From assembly GCA_964649615.1 (NCBI GenBank), contig CAZYPW010000003.1:30132-94131 (forward strand): 64,000 nt of DNA. The letters are read 5' to 3'. This document shows positions 36,723-47,108 of the stretch, piece after piece. Every line of letters begins with the position of its first letter. Position 1 is the first letter of the stretch. Below the pieces are notes generated by a model. The model was not told the DNA's origin. It did no database searches and worked only from the letters and a program-made list of their open reading frames with translations. Origin of the DNA: an uncultured Gammaproteobacteria bacterium (GTDB lineage: Bacteria > Patescibacteriota > Microgenomatia > Daviesbacterales > UBA10151). The position numbers and the translations under genes were made by a program.

Positions 36723-39700
36723 AGAGAATATTTTTAATAATTCTTTTTATAGTTTCAATATTTTTTCCAGTCTCAACATTTGCTCAGGAAAATTCATTTG
36801 TTTCAGTTGTTAATCCTATTAGGGGAGCTGACTTCTGGGATTTAAAAAATCAAAAAGTTGAAGATGCTGTTTTGGGACAGGCTAAAATTTTAGATAATTT
36901 TCAAGTATCTGCAACATGGTTAATTAGGTTTGATGCTTTAAATAATGGTCAGTTGATGGATATGCTTAATAAGCGAACAGAAGATGAAAAAGGAATATTT
37001 TTAGAAGTTACACCTAGTTGGACTGAAAGCTCAAATGTTAAATATAGAAATTCAATTTCTTGGCATAATGCAGGAAGTGCTTTTCTATCAGGATATAACA
37101 TAGATGAAAGAGAGAAATTAATTGATGCAGCATTTGAAAAATTTAAGCAAACTTTTAGTTTATACCCCAAATCAGTTGGAGCTTGGTGGATTGATGCGCA
37201 TTCACTTTCTTACATGAAGGAAAAGTATGAAATAACTTCTGCTTTAATTGTGGCAGATCAGTACTCCACAGATAATTATCAAATATGGGGCCAATTTTGG
37301 TCTACTCCTTATTATCCTTCTAAAACTCATGCTCTTCATCCTGCTCAATCTGTGGAAAATAAAATTCCTGTGGTAATTACCCAGTGGGCTATCAGGGATC
37401 CAGTCAATGGTTATGGGAGTGGAGTTGAAGAGAGCACTTTTTCCCTTCAAGCCAATGATTATATGGATTATCATGATCTAGATATAAGTTATTTTGCCAA
37501 GCTTTTAGATATTTATACAAAACAGGAATTTAATCAATTTGCCCAAATTGTGGTTGGTTTAGAAAATTCTTATGACTTTGAAAAATATGGCAAAGAGTAT
37601 GAAAATCAGATAAAGGTTTTAGCAGATAAAAAAAACAGTGGCCAGATTTCCCTGGTAACTTTATCTGAGTTTGCTAATTGGTATACAAAAACTTTCCCCA
37701 AGCTTTCTCCAGAGCAAGTAGTTATCTCAGATGATCCCTTGGGAAGTTCTAAAAAGGTGGTCTGGTTTATGAACCCATATTATCGGGCTGGTTGGTTTTT
37801 CAATAGAGATGGGAGTGTATTTAGAGATATACGCCAATATATTGATAGCGAAGAAGAGTTATGCTTAAGAGTACGATGTGACTTGGTTAATTTTGCAACC
37901 TTTGCCACCAGAGTTTTGGATCAAGTAAGCTTTGGCCATAAATGGATTATAGATGAAGGAAAAATTTCTGACTTTAAAGCTAAAAAACTAGATCAAGGTT
38001 TTAGTATTTCTTACAAAAATGAAGCGGGAAAGATAAGAGTAGTTGAATTTTTACCAAGAGATATTAGTATAGATGGGAAAATTTCATCTATCGATCAAGC
38101 GATACTTGAAGCAACTAAATATAAATTAGAACAAAAAATAACCCAACCTTCACTTACCAGGGGATCATTCCAGTGGTCTTTGGGAAGCTCTAGCTATAAA
38201 GTAGGAGTATTTTTATTATTTCTGATATTAGGGTGTATTGTTCCAGGATTTTTTATGATTAATAAACTTACTTTTAAAGAAGATTCCTTTGCTAAAAAGC
38301 TTACCCTCGCTACAATTTTGGGGTTTGTTTTATTAACGCTTTTGTTCTATATCTTAGGCCTTTTAAAGCTGCAGCAGTTAATATTTATTTATTTTGCTGT
38401 AAATGCCTTACTTCTAATAAAAAATTACAAAAGTTTTAGCAGCTTACGGTTGTTTAATTTTCAATCAAAACTTGATTTTGGTATTTTGGGATTAATCCTT
38501 GCTGGTAGCATTTTTCAGCAGCTTCCATCATTTAAAAATGGGCTAATTTTTCCATATGGCATGGGGTTATGGGGCCCAAATACCCATGATGGGATATGGC
38601 ATTTAAGTTTAATTAATCAATTAATAAAAAGTGTACCCGCGGAAAATCCAATTTTTTCAAAGACAAGTATTACTAATTACCATTATTTTTATGATTTATT
38701 AATAGCAGCAACCAGTTATGTCTCAGGCCTCACGGTATTAGATTTGATATTTAGATTTTACCCTTTTATTTTCTCTATTCTTTTAGGAGCAGGAACATAT
38801 TATCTAATCCAAATATTATTTAAAGAAAAAATAGCCGCCTTGTTTGGTCTTTATCTTGTCTATTTTGCTGGTAGTTTTGGATGGGTAGTTGACTTTATAA
38901 AAGGCAGGCAGGGGGGGGGTGAATCTGCCTTTTGGGCAAACCAGTCAATTTCTTTTAACCTAAATCCCCCTTTTGCAATATCCCTTTTAATAGTCATTGC
39001 CATATTACAGCTTTTATTTATCAAGAGGTTCAATATTTTATCTGTGACAACTTTAACTATTTTGATAGGTTCTTTAATCGCTTTTAAGGCTTACGGTGGA
39101 GTTTTAATTCTTTTAAGTCTTCTTTTAGTAGGACTCATTAAAAAATCCATTTCTTATTTAGTCACCTTTTCTACCAGTTTAATTTTGTCTTTAGTTTTAT
39201 TTCTTAGCAATTTTAATGTAAGTGAGAGATTGATATACTTTTCCCCTTTTTGGTTTGTTCATTCAATGATAGATTCACCTGATAGGGTGGGGTGGGTAAG
39301 ATTATCATTGGCACGAATAACAGGTTTTGAGCAAGGAAATTTATTTAAATTCACTGTAGCAGAAGCAGCAGGTTTTTTAATTTTTCTAATAGGAAACTTA
39401 GGAACCAGAGCCTTTGCCATATTTGGTTTATTAAATATTAGAAATATTGTCCGACATCAAGAATACATAACTTTACTTATCTTTTGTTTATTATCAATAT
39501 TAATTCCTACTATCGTTATTCAAGCTGGCAATCCCTGGAACACAATTCAGTTTATTTATTATGGCCTCTATATTTCAGCCATAGTTTCAGGTGCTGTTAT
39601 GTCTAATTTCCTTAGAATAAATAGGGCACTAGCAACTTTAGTTATTTTGCCCATGTTAATAATCACCCCAATTAATGCTTGGGCAACTGCTAGTGGATAT

Positions 39701-40126
39701 TTAAGTTATCAGCCCCACGCTAAGATAAGCAATGATGAAATTGGAGCACTAGAATTCTTAAAGTCACAAGAAGATGGCGTAGTTTTAACTTATCCCTATG
39801 ATGAAAAGCTAAAACAAAAGTTTGAAGAACCATGGCCTTTGTTTATGTATGATAGTACTGCTTATGTTTCTGCTCTTTCTCAAAAAGCTTCATTTTTGGA
39901 AGATATACCTCAAAATGAAATTCTGCTGACAGATTATAAAAAAAGAATAGTAGGTTCTAAGGATTTTTTCTCTGGCCAAAATACAGAAAGCAATGAATTC
40001 TTAAAAAAAAGTAATATAAGATATATCTATCTGCCCAAAACATTTGGAGTTATCTTAGATGAAAGTTTGCTAACAGTAAATAGAATTTTTGAAAATAAAG
40101 AAGTTTTAATATATCAAGTTAAATAA
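36719..40126 (+). CDS. Large fusion: exported carbohydrate hydrolase/deacetylase-like domain plus GT-C membrane domain
   Basis: Signal peptide; TWL, GIFLEV, LSGY...ER..LID..FEKFK..F..YPKSVGAW; after ~aa 490 a TM domain with HDGIWHLSL and NYHY, paralogous to 40126. Confidence 0.6.
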   Translation: MKRIFLIILFIVSIFFPVSTFAQENSFVSVVNPIRGADFWDLKNQKVEDAVLGQAKILDNFQVSATWLIRFDALNNGQLMDMLNKRTEDEKGIFLEVTPSWTESSNVKYRNSISWHNAGSAFLSGYNIDEREKLIDAAFEKFKQTFSLYPKSVGAWWIDAHSLSYMKEKYEITSALIVADQYSTDNYQIWGQFWSTPYYPSKTHALHPAQSVENKIPVVITQWAIRDPVNGYGSGVEESTFSLQANDYMDYHDLDISYFAKLLDIYTKQEFNQFAQIVVGLENSYDFEKYGKEYENQIKVLADKKNSGQISLVTLSEFANWYTKTFPKLSPEQVVISDDPLGSSKKVVWFMNPYYRAGWFFNRDGSVFRDIRQYIDSEEELCLRVRCDLVNFATFATRVLDQVSFGHKWIIDEGKISDFKAKKLDQGFSISYKNEAGKIRVVEFLPRDISIDGKISSIDQAILEATKYKLEQKITQPSLTRGSFQWSLGSSSYKVGVFLLFLILGCIVPGFFMINKLTFKEDSFAKKLTLATILGFVLLTLLFYILGLLKLQQLIFIYFAVNALLLIKNYKSFSSLRLFNFQSKLDFGILGLILAGSIFQQLPSFKNGLIFPYGMGLWGPNTHDGIWHLSLINQLIKSVPAENPIFSKTSITNYHYFYDLLIAATSYVSGLTVLDLIFRFYPFIFSILLGAGTYYLIQILFKEKIAALFGLYLVYFAGSFGWVVDFIKGRQGGGESAFWANQSISFNLNPPFAISLLIVIAILQLLFIKRFNILSVTTLTILIGSLIAFKAYGGVLILLSLLLVGLIKKSISYLVTFSTSLILSLVLFLSNFNVSERLIYFSPFWFVHSMIDSPDRVGWVRLSLARITGFEQGNLFKFTVAEAAGFLIFLIGNLGTRAFAIFGLLNIRNIVRHQEYITLLIFCLLSILIPTIVIQAGNPWNTIQFIYYGLYISAIVSGAVMSNFLRINRALATLVILPMLIITPINAWATASGYLSYQPHAKISNDEIGALEFLKSQEDGVVLTYPYDEKLKQKFEEPWPLFMYDSTAYVSALSQKASFLEDIPQNEILLTDYKKRIVGSKDFFSGQNTESNEFLKKSNIRYIYLPKTFGVILDESLLTVNRIFENKEVLIYQVK

Positions 40127-42102
40127 TGGTTATACAGGCAATATTATTTTTAATACTGGTCAGCATCTGTTTTATTCCTTTTGGTTTTTTACTTTTAAGA
40201 AAAATAAAAAATGATCTAGACGATTTAGAAAAAATAGTTTTATCAACAGTTTGTGGAATGGTTTTATTTACTCTTACTGCTTATTTTCTTGCCTTTTTAC
40301 ATTTAAGATTTTTAATGTGGCTATTCCCTATTTTAGGCATTATCCTGGTTATTAAAAATAGAAAAGAATTATCAAAGTTTAGTATTCATCTAAAATATAA
40401 ACTATTTTTCCTTACAGTTTTAACAGTAGGGATCATTGGCCAGGTTGCAGTTAATGCTCCCTCAGGAATTCCTTACTCTGAAGGTATTTATTTTTGGAGT
40501 TCACATGGACATGATGGGTTATGGCACCTTTCTTTAATGGAACACATGCATCAGAATATTTTCCCTTTTCAAAATCCTGAATTTAATGGAGCTAGACTAC
40601 AAAACTATCATTTTTTTGTGGATCTTTTAATGTCTGAGTTTTCTAGGCTCTTTCCGATTTTTTCTAACCTAGATATTTATTTTAGGTTTATGCCAATTGT
40701 TTTTTCTACCCTCTTAGGGCTTTGTGCCTTTATATTTGTTAGAGCCTGGAGCAAAAAAGAGTTAGCAGGAATTTGGGCAATGATTTTTACCTACTTTTGT
40801 GGCAGCTTTGGTTATCTGCTCTATATTCCCACCCACAAAAGTTTAGGAGGGGAAGCAATTTTTTGGGTTTCTCAAACCCAATCAGTTTTAGGTAATCCTC
40901 CCCATGCAGCGGCATTTATTATAGTTACAGCCTGTCTTTTTATTCTGTTTAAGTACTTTCAACAAAGAAAGTGGTCATATTTTTGGATTAGCGTTTTATT
41001 AGGAGGAGCAGTGATAGAGTTTAAAGTTTATGGAGGAGTTTTACTTTTAGGAGGACTTTTTTTAGTTTCTATTTTTGAAGTTATTTTCAAAAGAATCTAT
41101 AAAAGCTTACTGCTGTTTTTATCAATGCTCTCTTTATCGTTACTGATTTATCTTCCAAACGCTGCAAATTCTCAGGATTTTTTAATTTTTGAACCATGGT
41201 GGTTTATAAGAACTATGGTAGTAGCTACTGATAGATTAAATTGGTTGGATCTGGAGTTGAGAAGGCAAACCTATATTGCAGAAGAGAATTGGAAAAGAGT
41301 TATCCAGCTCGAAGCAACTGCCTTTTTAATTTTCCTTTTTGGTAATCTGGGGATGAGATTTATTGGCTTTTGGACAATATTCAAACAAGTAAAGATGAAC
41401 ATATTTAAAGATTCTTTTAATATATTATTTTTATTCATTACCATTACTTCTTTTTTTATTCCAGTGATTTTTTTACAAAAGGGTGTAGTTTGGAATGCTA
41501 TTCAGTTTAATCAGTATTTCCTGCTATTTTTTGGATTTCTGGCTGGAATGTCAGCAAATGATTTATTAGATCGCATAAAAAATAATTTCATAAAAATTTT
41601 AATGGGGTTACTGATAATTATATTTGCAATTCCTACCCAAGTAGGGCTTCTTTGGCAGTTTTATTCAAATCTACCCTTATCAAAAATTTCCTATGAAGAG
41701 ATTAAAGCTTTAGAATTTATTAAAAATAATTCTTCATATGGGGATATTATTTTGACAGCTCCTTTTAATAAATATGAAAGAGATCAGTATAAAACTCCCC
41801 CAATACCTATTTATGCTTGGTATGATACTGGTTATGTAGCAGCTTTTTCTTCAAGAAAGGTTCTCCTTTCTGATGAAGAACAGGTAACGATCATGGGTTA
41901 TCAGGCAGATGCATTCTTCAAAGAAAGAGAGTTAATATTTCAAACAGATGATATTGAAATGATAAATAGCTATTTAGATAAAAACAGTATAGATTATATT
42001 TATCTAGTCTGGGGCCAGAAATTCCAAGCAGATGAAAAATTGATTAAGGCAGATTTAATTTTTGAAAACAAAGATGCAAAAGTATTTAAAGCTAGAAAAT
42101 GA
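40126..42102 (+). CDS. GT-C-type polytopic membrane protein
   Basis: HDGLWHLSL, NYHF, GSFG, GGE..FW, NPP, FKVYGG. Confidence 0.6.
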   Translation: MVIQAILFLILVSICFIPFGFLLLRKIKNDLDDLEKIVLSTVCGMVLFTLTAYFLAFLHLRFLMWLFPILGIILVIKNRKELSKFSIHLKYKLFFLTVLTVGIIGQVAVNAPSGIPYSEGIYFWSSHGHDGLWHLSLMEHMHQNIFPFQNPEFNGARLQNYHFFVDLLMSEFSRLFPIFSNLDIYFRFMPIVFSTLLGLCAFIFVRAWSKKELAGIWAMIFTYFCGSFGYLLYIPTHKSLGGEAIFWVSQTQSVLGNPPHAAAFIIVTACLFILFKYFQQRKWSYFWISVLLGGAVIEFKVYGGVLLLGGLFLVSIFEVIFKRIYKSLLLFLSMLSLSLLIYLPNAANSQDFLIFEPWWFIRTMVVATDRLNWLDLELRRQTYIAEENWKRVIQLEATAFLIFLFGNLGMRFIGFWTIFKQVKMNIFKDSFNILFLFITITSFFIPVIFLQKGVVWNAIQFNQYFLLFFGFLAGMSANDLLDRIKNNFIKILMGLLIIIFAIPTQVGLLWQFYSNLPLSKISYEEIKALEFIKNNSSYGDIILTAPFNKYERDQYKTPPIPIYAWYDTGYVAAFSSRKVLLSDEEQVTIMGYQADAFFKERELIFQTDDIEMINSYLDKNSIDYIYLVWGQKFQADEKLIKADLIFENKDAKVFKARK

Positions 42103-43706
42103 AATTTAAGTATTTAATTTTAATAATTTTTCTAGGTTTTCTTTTAAGAATTATTAATATTTCCCAAAACTCACTGCCTCTTTATGGCGATGAGTTAACT
42201 ATAGTTTATGATGCCTATTCTATCCTTAAAACTGGGCAAGACCAACTGGGTAATATCTTTCCCTTAACCTTTGAAATGGGTGCAGGAAGGCCAGCAGGAT
42301 ATGTTTATTTTACCGTGCCCTTTGTAGCCCTTTTTGGACCCACAGCCCTGGGTGTGCGTTTACCCTCAGTTCTTTCAGGTCTAGGAATCATATTACTGTT
42401 TTATCTTTTGGGAGAAAAATTATTTTCAAGAAAAGTAGGATTAGCAGCTGCTATTTTAGCAGCTTTGTCTCCTTGGACTATTCAGTTAAGTAGAGTTGGG
42501 TATGAGGCCAATTTTGCTTTACTCCTAGTCCTTTCAGGCACTTACTTCTTTATAATAGCAAGTAGACCTTACTATTATCTGATTTCTGCTTTTTTCTTTG
42601 GTTTAGTACTGCATACATACCCTACTTACAAAATAAGTTTGATATTCTTTCTACCATTCTTATTCTGGTTTGTTTTTAAAAAAGAATCTTTAAATTTTAG
42701 AAAGAAAACTTTACTAATATCAATAATAATTTTTGCTTTCTTTGCTGCATCATCTATTACTCAAACCTTTATTGGCGGTTCTGAAGCGAGATTTTTGAAT
42801 ATAAATATATTCTCCCAGGAAGATTTAAAAAATAAATTAGAAGAAAAAATAAATTATGAAAGAACTATCACAAACTTGCCTCAAAATTTAGCAAAATATT
42901 TCCATAACAAACCCACTGAATATGGGAAAATAATTTTGGAAAATTATCTGCAAAATTTCTCATTAGATTTTTTGCTGATACATGGAGATAGAAACCCCCG
43001 GCATAATATGTCCACCATGGGTCAAATTTTTCTTGCTGAGGCAATTTTAATATTAATTGGTTTACTTAGTTACTGGCAGAGAGAAAAAAGAACTTTAGTA
43101 TTTTTATTAGGTTGGTTATTGATTGCCCCAATTGCAACTAGTATTGTTGATTTGCCCCACGCTTTAAGAAGTTCTTTTATGATTCCTCCGTTGCTGCTTA
43201 TATCATCACTGGGATTCACTACATTTATTTCCTTAAAAAATAAACCTATGCTTATCTTATTAGGATGCATTTTTTTGATACAGTTTGTCTTTTTTATTCA
43301 AAAACTCTATTTTCTGGCACCAAATGAATATAGCCATTTTTGGTCTTATTCTGCAAAACAAGCTACAGAAATAGCTTTAGAAAATAAAAATAATTATGAT
43401 TACATAATATTGTCTGATAAGATTGATAATATTGAGTTTGCTTATCCAGTTTATGCAAAGATAGAGCCCCAAAATGTTATAGCTCAAAATCAAGGAAGGA
43501 AGGTGGAATTAAATGGCGCCCCATTTAAACAGTTTGGCAATATTTATATTGGATATTTAAATGAAAATGGGTTAGAAGATTTTATAAAAGGTATCAGTGG
43601 GTCAATTCTGACAATTACTACTCCTGAGTCATCAAAAAACTTATCAAATTATGAAATAATCAATGGAAGTAATAACTTGCCATCTTTGGTGTTAAGTAGA
43701 AAGTAA
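42099..43706 (+). CDS. PMT/ArnT-like GT-C glycosyltransferase
   Basis: GDE...DAYSILKTGQD, VRLPS, SRVGYE, GDRNPRH, PHALR. Confidence 0.75.
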   Translation: MKFKYLILIIFLGFLLRIINISQNSLPLYGDELTIVYDAYSILKTGQDQLGNIFPLTFEMGAGRPAGYVYFTVPFVALFGPTALGVRLPSVLSGLGIILLFYLLGEKLFSRKVGLAAAILAALSPWTIQLSRVGYEANFALLLVLSGTYFFIIASRPYYYLISAFFFGLVLHTYPTYKISLIFFLPFLFWFVFKKESLNFRKKTLLISIIIFAFFAASSITQTFIGGSEARFLNINIFSQEDLKNKLEEKINYERTITNLPQNLAKYFHNKPTEYGKIILENYLQNFSLDFLLIHGDRNPRHNMSTMGQIFLAEAILILIGLLSYWQREKRTLVFLLGWLLIAPIATSIVDLPHALRSSFMIPPLLLISSLGFTTFISLKNKPMLILLGCIFLIQFVFFIQKLYFLAPNEYSHFWSYSAKQATEIALENKNNYDYIILSDKIDNIEFAYPVYAKIEPQNVIAQNQGRKVELNGAPFKQFGNIYIGYLNENGLEDFIKGISGSILTITTPESSKNLSNYEIINGSNNLPSLVLSRK

Positions 43707-43708
43707 AC

Positions 43709-46147
43709 TTAGAAACGTTTTTTATATGCTGCTAATACCCCCCCCATTGTTAATAAAAATACCGATACTAAACTAATTTTTAACCCTAAACTAAATGATT
43801 GAGGCAGATAGTTGAAAACAACAACATGGTCTCCAGCAGGTATTTTAACAGCCCTGAATATAAAATTTGCTGGTGATATTGGCAACTTTTGGTTGCCATC
43901 TAAAGTAGCAGCCCATCCTTCCTCAAATTGATCTGCCAGTACTAAAACCTGCTCAGAAGTGGAACCAGTCCTTATTTTTACTGAATTAGCTTTGTAGTCC
44001 ACAATTTGAACAGTTCCTTTGCCGTCAACTCCATTAACCCCTAAATCTTTTGATAAAAGCACAGTTATCCTTGGATCAAAACTTTTATCTGTCATAATGA
44101 TATCTTTTATATTTTGCTCAGAGGCAGGAATTATTTTTTTGGCAAAGTATGCGCGCTCTTTAACTTTTGGATTCTCTAAAACTGCTGTAGATTTATCTTT
44201 GAAAACAACATTGTATCCACTTTCTTTGACCTTGTAATGAAGAATATCTCCTGGAGTGTACCCATTTTCATCCCGCATTACTGCTACAAGATATTTTGTA
44301 TTAGCAGCATCTAAATAGGGAGAGGAGTATCTGGAGGAAATTTCAGCATATCTTGATGAATTACCAGTTCTGAGATCCCCCCCATTTAGAAAATGGATGA
44401 ATTTACCATATTGGCTCAAATATATGGGATCGTACCCCTCGTAAGAATATAGATTATAAGCTGTCCAGGTATTGGAAGGAAATACTTCTGCATGTTCCCG
44501 CCCTACTCTAAAAAAACCCTCCTGTTTTTGTAAAAATTCCAAAACTGGGGTCTTCGGAAAAATTAAATTATTTGGCACAAAGGGGTTAAATTTTAGAAAA
44601 TATCTGCCAAGATCAAAAGTAATAAAAAGTAATAGCAACAGTGGCACTAAATTTAGTTTGTTTAAGGGTATGGATTTAAACTTAAGTTTTATTAAAGTTA
44701 CAGCTGAGAGAATAGATAATAAAATAAATGGTAAAAGAGTATTTTTAGTTGCTATTTTAAAGTTGTCTAAATTATAGTCATTACTGTTTAAATATACTTT
44801 GAGATATTTTTCATCAGGTGCCCAGCCTAGGATATCCCAAATAAAAAAGCTGGTAAGAAGTGTTCCTAAGATTATTCCCAAAATAGCAGCCCAGGACCAA
44901 GTAAGTGTCTTAGAGAAAAAAGCATAATTATTTTTTTCAAAAATGTGGTTAAGCGCAATTGAGGCAAGAAATGAGGAACAAAGGATGGTAATAAACAGTG
45001 CTCTGCTAGCATATGATGAAGTAAGAAGAGGAATTTTTATCTGATATAGATAATGAGAAATTGCGTTATCAAAGATAAGTATTAAACTTATGCCCAAAAG
45101 TATCAGGAAGAAAGCTGATTGTTTACCCCTTACTTTAAAAAATGAATATATTAGCAGAGGCAAAGTAATTATTCCCAAGAAACCACTTGTTTCTGAGTAA
45201 TTTAGGTAACCCCAGTAGTTTCTGGTTACAGGATTGCCAAAATAGTCAGGAATAAAAAATTTGAATATGTCTTTGCTGCCCAGTAATCCAAAGTTACCTT
45301 CTGCAGAATAGCTTTCTGTTTGTCTAATAGATTTTTGTAAAAGCTCGTAACTTGGTAAAAGTTGGGCAGCTATGAGGGAGATAGAAAAAATGATTGCAAC
45401 TGCTAAAAAAAATGCTTTATTGAAAAATAGTTTATCTTTCCAGCTAATCCATAAAAAATATAGAACAATAATAGTGTATGAGTAAGTTGTTACTTGAGCA
45501 TTTCCCGCAAGTATAATTAGCCCTAAAGATGTTATTAATAAAAGTATGAATCTATATTTAGAAGAATCAGTAAATTTTTTTACTGCATATAAAGAGAGTG
45601 GCAGCCAAGACATTCCATGAACTGCTGTCCCTAATTCAAGCCAGGTAGCCATCAGCCCACCAAGCGAGAAAATAATTGCACCTGATAATCTGGCAATAAT
45701 AGATTTTATAAATTGAGAGACAAAGAGATAAAAAGTTAATGAAGCGATCAAGGTTTGAGAGTAAATGAAAAGTCCCCAGCCATAATATTTTGGCAATAGA
45801 AGTAATATATTTAAAGGATATAAAGTGGCAGAATGATAAGTTGCCAAAAGAGGATTGCCGGTAAAAGAATAAGGATTCCATAGAGGCCACTGGAGATTTC
45901 TTAGAGATTCTATAGCCAAGTATTTCCATAGAATAAATTGTGAGAAAACATCTGAAATAAGGGGATTTTTTACTGGCATCTTATAATAGTCCAACCAAGG
46001 AAAATAGCTGCCAATCAGCAGGTCTCCCGGAAAAGGAATTTGGCCAAAAAGAAAAAATTTATAGTAAAGCAGAGAAATAACTGAAGCTAAAAATATTATT
46101 GGTGCTAAAGGATGATTTAGTAGCCAACGAATTTTTTTTGTAGTCAC
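43709..46147 (-). CDS. YfhO-family membrane protein (GT-C type)
   Basis: PLWNPYSFTGNPLLA, LYPLN, GYDP, GWAA..DG, PANFIFRAV.IPAGDH.V.F.Y.P. Start is probably GTG 46147 (TATACT 7 nt upstream) or ATG 46165, not 46324. Confidence 0.8.
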   Translation of the reverse strand: MTTKKIRWLLNHPLAPIIFLASVISLLYYKFFLFGQIPFPGDLLIGSYFPWLDYYKMPVKNPLISDVFSQFILWKYLAIESLRNLQWPLWNPYSFTGNPLLATYHSATLYPLNILLLLPKYYGWGLFIYSQTLIASLTFYLFVSQFIKSIIARLSGAIIFSLGGLMATWLELGTAVHGMSWLPLSLYAVKKFTDSSKYRFILLLITSLGLIILAGNAQVTTYSYTIIVLYFLWISWKDKLFFNKAFFLAVAIIFSISLIAAQLLPSYELLQKSIRQTESYSAEGNFGLLGSKDIFKFFIPDYFGNPVTRNYWGYLNYSETSGFLGIITLPLLIYSFFKVRGKQSAFFLILLGISLILIFDNAISHYLYQIKIPLLTSSYASRALFITILCSSFLASIALNHIFEKNNYAFFSKTLTWSWAAILGIILGTLLTSFFIWDILGWAPDEKYLKVYLNSNDYNLDNFKIATKNTLLPFILLSILSAVTLIKLKFKSIPLNKLNLVPLLLLLFITFDLGRYFLKFNPFVPNNLIFPKTPVLEFLQKQEGFFRVGREHAEVFPSNTWTAYNLYSYEGYDPIYLSQYGKFIHFLNGGDLRTGNSSRYAEISSRYSSPYLDAANTKYLVAVMRDENGYTPGDILHYKVKESGYNVVFKDKSTAVLENPKVKERAYFAKKIIPASEQNIKDIIMTDKSFDPRITVLLSKDLGVNGVDGKGTVQIVDYKANSVKIRTGSTSEQVLVLADQFEEGWAATLDGNQKLPISPANFIFRAVKIPAGDHVVVFNYLPQSFSLGLKISLVSVFLLTMGGVLAAYKKRF

Positions 46148-46202
46148 ATCTTTAAGTATAAACATTTTACTAAGCAGTAAGAAACTGGTAAGATTTTTAC
46201 AT

Positions 46203-47102
46203 ATGCCAAAAGGAATCTCTGTTGTTATAAATACTTTTAATGAAGAGCGAGATATAGAGAGAGCTATTAGAAGCGTAAAATGGGCACAGGAGGTAATAGT
46301 TTGTGATATGCATTCAACTGACAAAACAGTTGAGTTGACAAAAAAATTAGGAGCAAAAATCTTTTATCACAAAAAAGAGGATTTTGTTGAACCAGCTAGA
46401 AATTTTGCTATTTCTAAAGCTGAATATGATTGGGTTTTAATCTTGGATCCAGATGAAGCAATAGCAGAGAATTTAAAAGTTAAATTAACTAAGATATCAG
46501 ATAAGATGAATAAAATAGATTATGTGAAAGTTCCCAGAAAAAATATTATTTTTGGCAAATGGATGCAAGCTTCTAAATGGTGGCCAGACTTAAATATAAG
46601 ATTTTTTAGAAAAGGTAAAGTAAGTTGGACTAATAAAATACATCAGCCTCCAAAAGCGTTAGGGCAGGGATTGGATTTAGAAGCTCAGGAAGACTATGCA
46701 ATAATTCATCATCATTATGAAAGTATCACTCAATTTTTAGAAAGAATGATTAGGTATACAAAAATACAAGCAGAGGAATTAAAAAAAGAAGGATATCTTT
46801 TTGACTATAAGGATTTAATTAAAAAACCCCTTTCTGAATTTTTAAGCAGATTTTTTGCCAATAGAGGCTTTGAAGATGGATTACATGGATTAGCTTTAAG
46901 CCTGCTCCAATCGTTTTCATTTTTAATAGTCTATCTTCGTTTATGGGAGATGGAAAAATTCAAACAACAAAGTATAGATTTAAAAGAATTTAAAGAGGTA
47001 AACAACCAAGCGGGTGAGGAATTAAAATACTGGTTTAATTATAGCAGCCTATCTAAAAATCCCTTTAAAAGTTTTTTACAAAAGGTCAAAGGCAAAATAT
47101 AA
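46203..47102 (+). CDS. GT2 glycosyltransferase (WaaE/KdtX-like)
   Basis: TFNEE, D.HSTD, ARNFA, LDPDE, WPD...R, IH. Confidence 0.82.
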   Translation: MPKGISVVINTFNEERDIERAIRSVKWAQEVIVCDMHSTDKTVELTKKLGAKIFYHKKEDFVEPARNFAISKAEYDWVLILDPDEAIAENLKVKLTKISDKMNKIDYVKVPRKNIIFGKWMQASKWWPDLNIRFFRKGKVSWTNKIHQPPKALGQGLDLEAQEDYAIIHHHYESITQFLERMIRYTKIQAEELKKEGYLFDYKDLIKKPLSEFLSRFFANRGFEDGLHGLALSLLQSFSFLIVYLRLWEMEKFKQQSIDLKEFKEVNNQAGEELKYWFNYSSLSKNPFKSFLQKVKGKI

Positions 47103-47108
47103 ATCTAT

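Noticed and set aside
46148-46324. N-terminal extension of the YfhO ORF to 46324
   Set aside because: It overlaps the divergent GT2 gene on the other strand, and a TATACT box points to a start at 46147.
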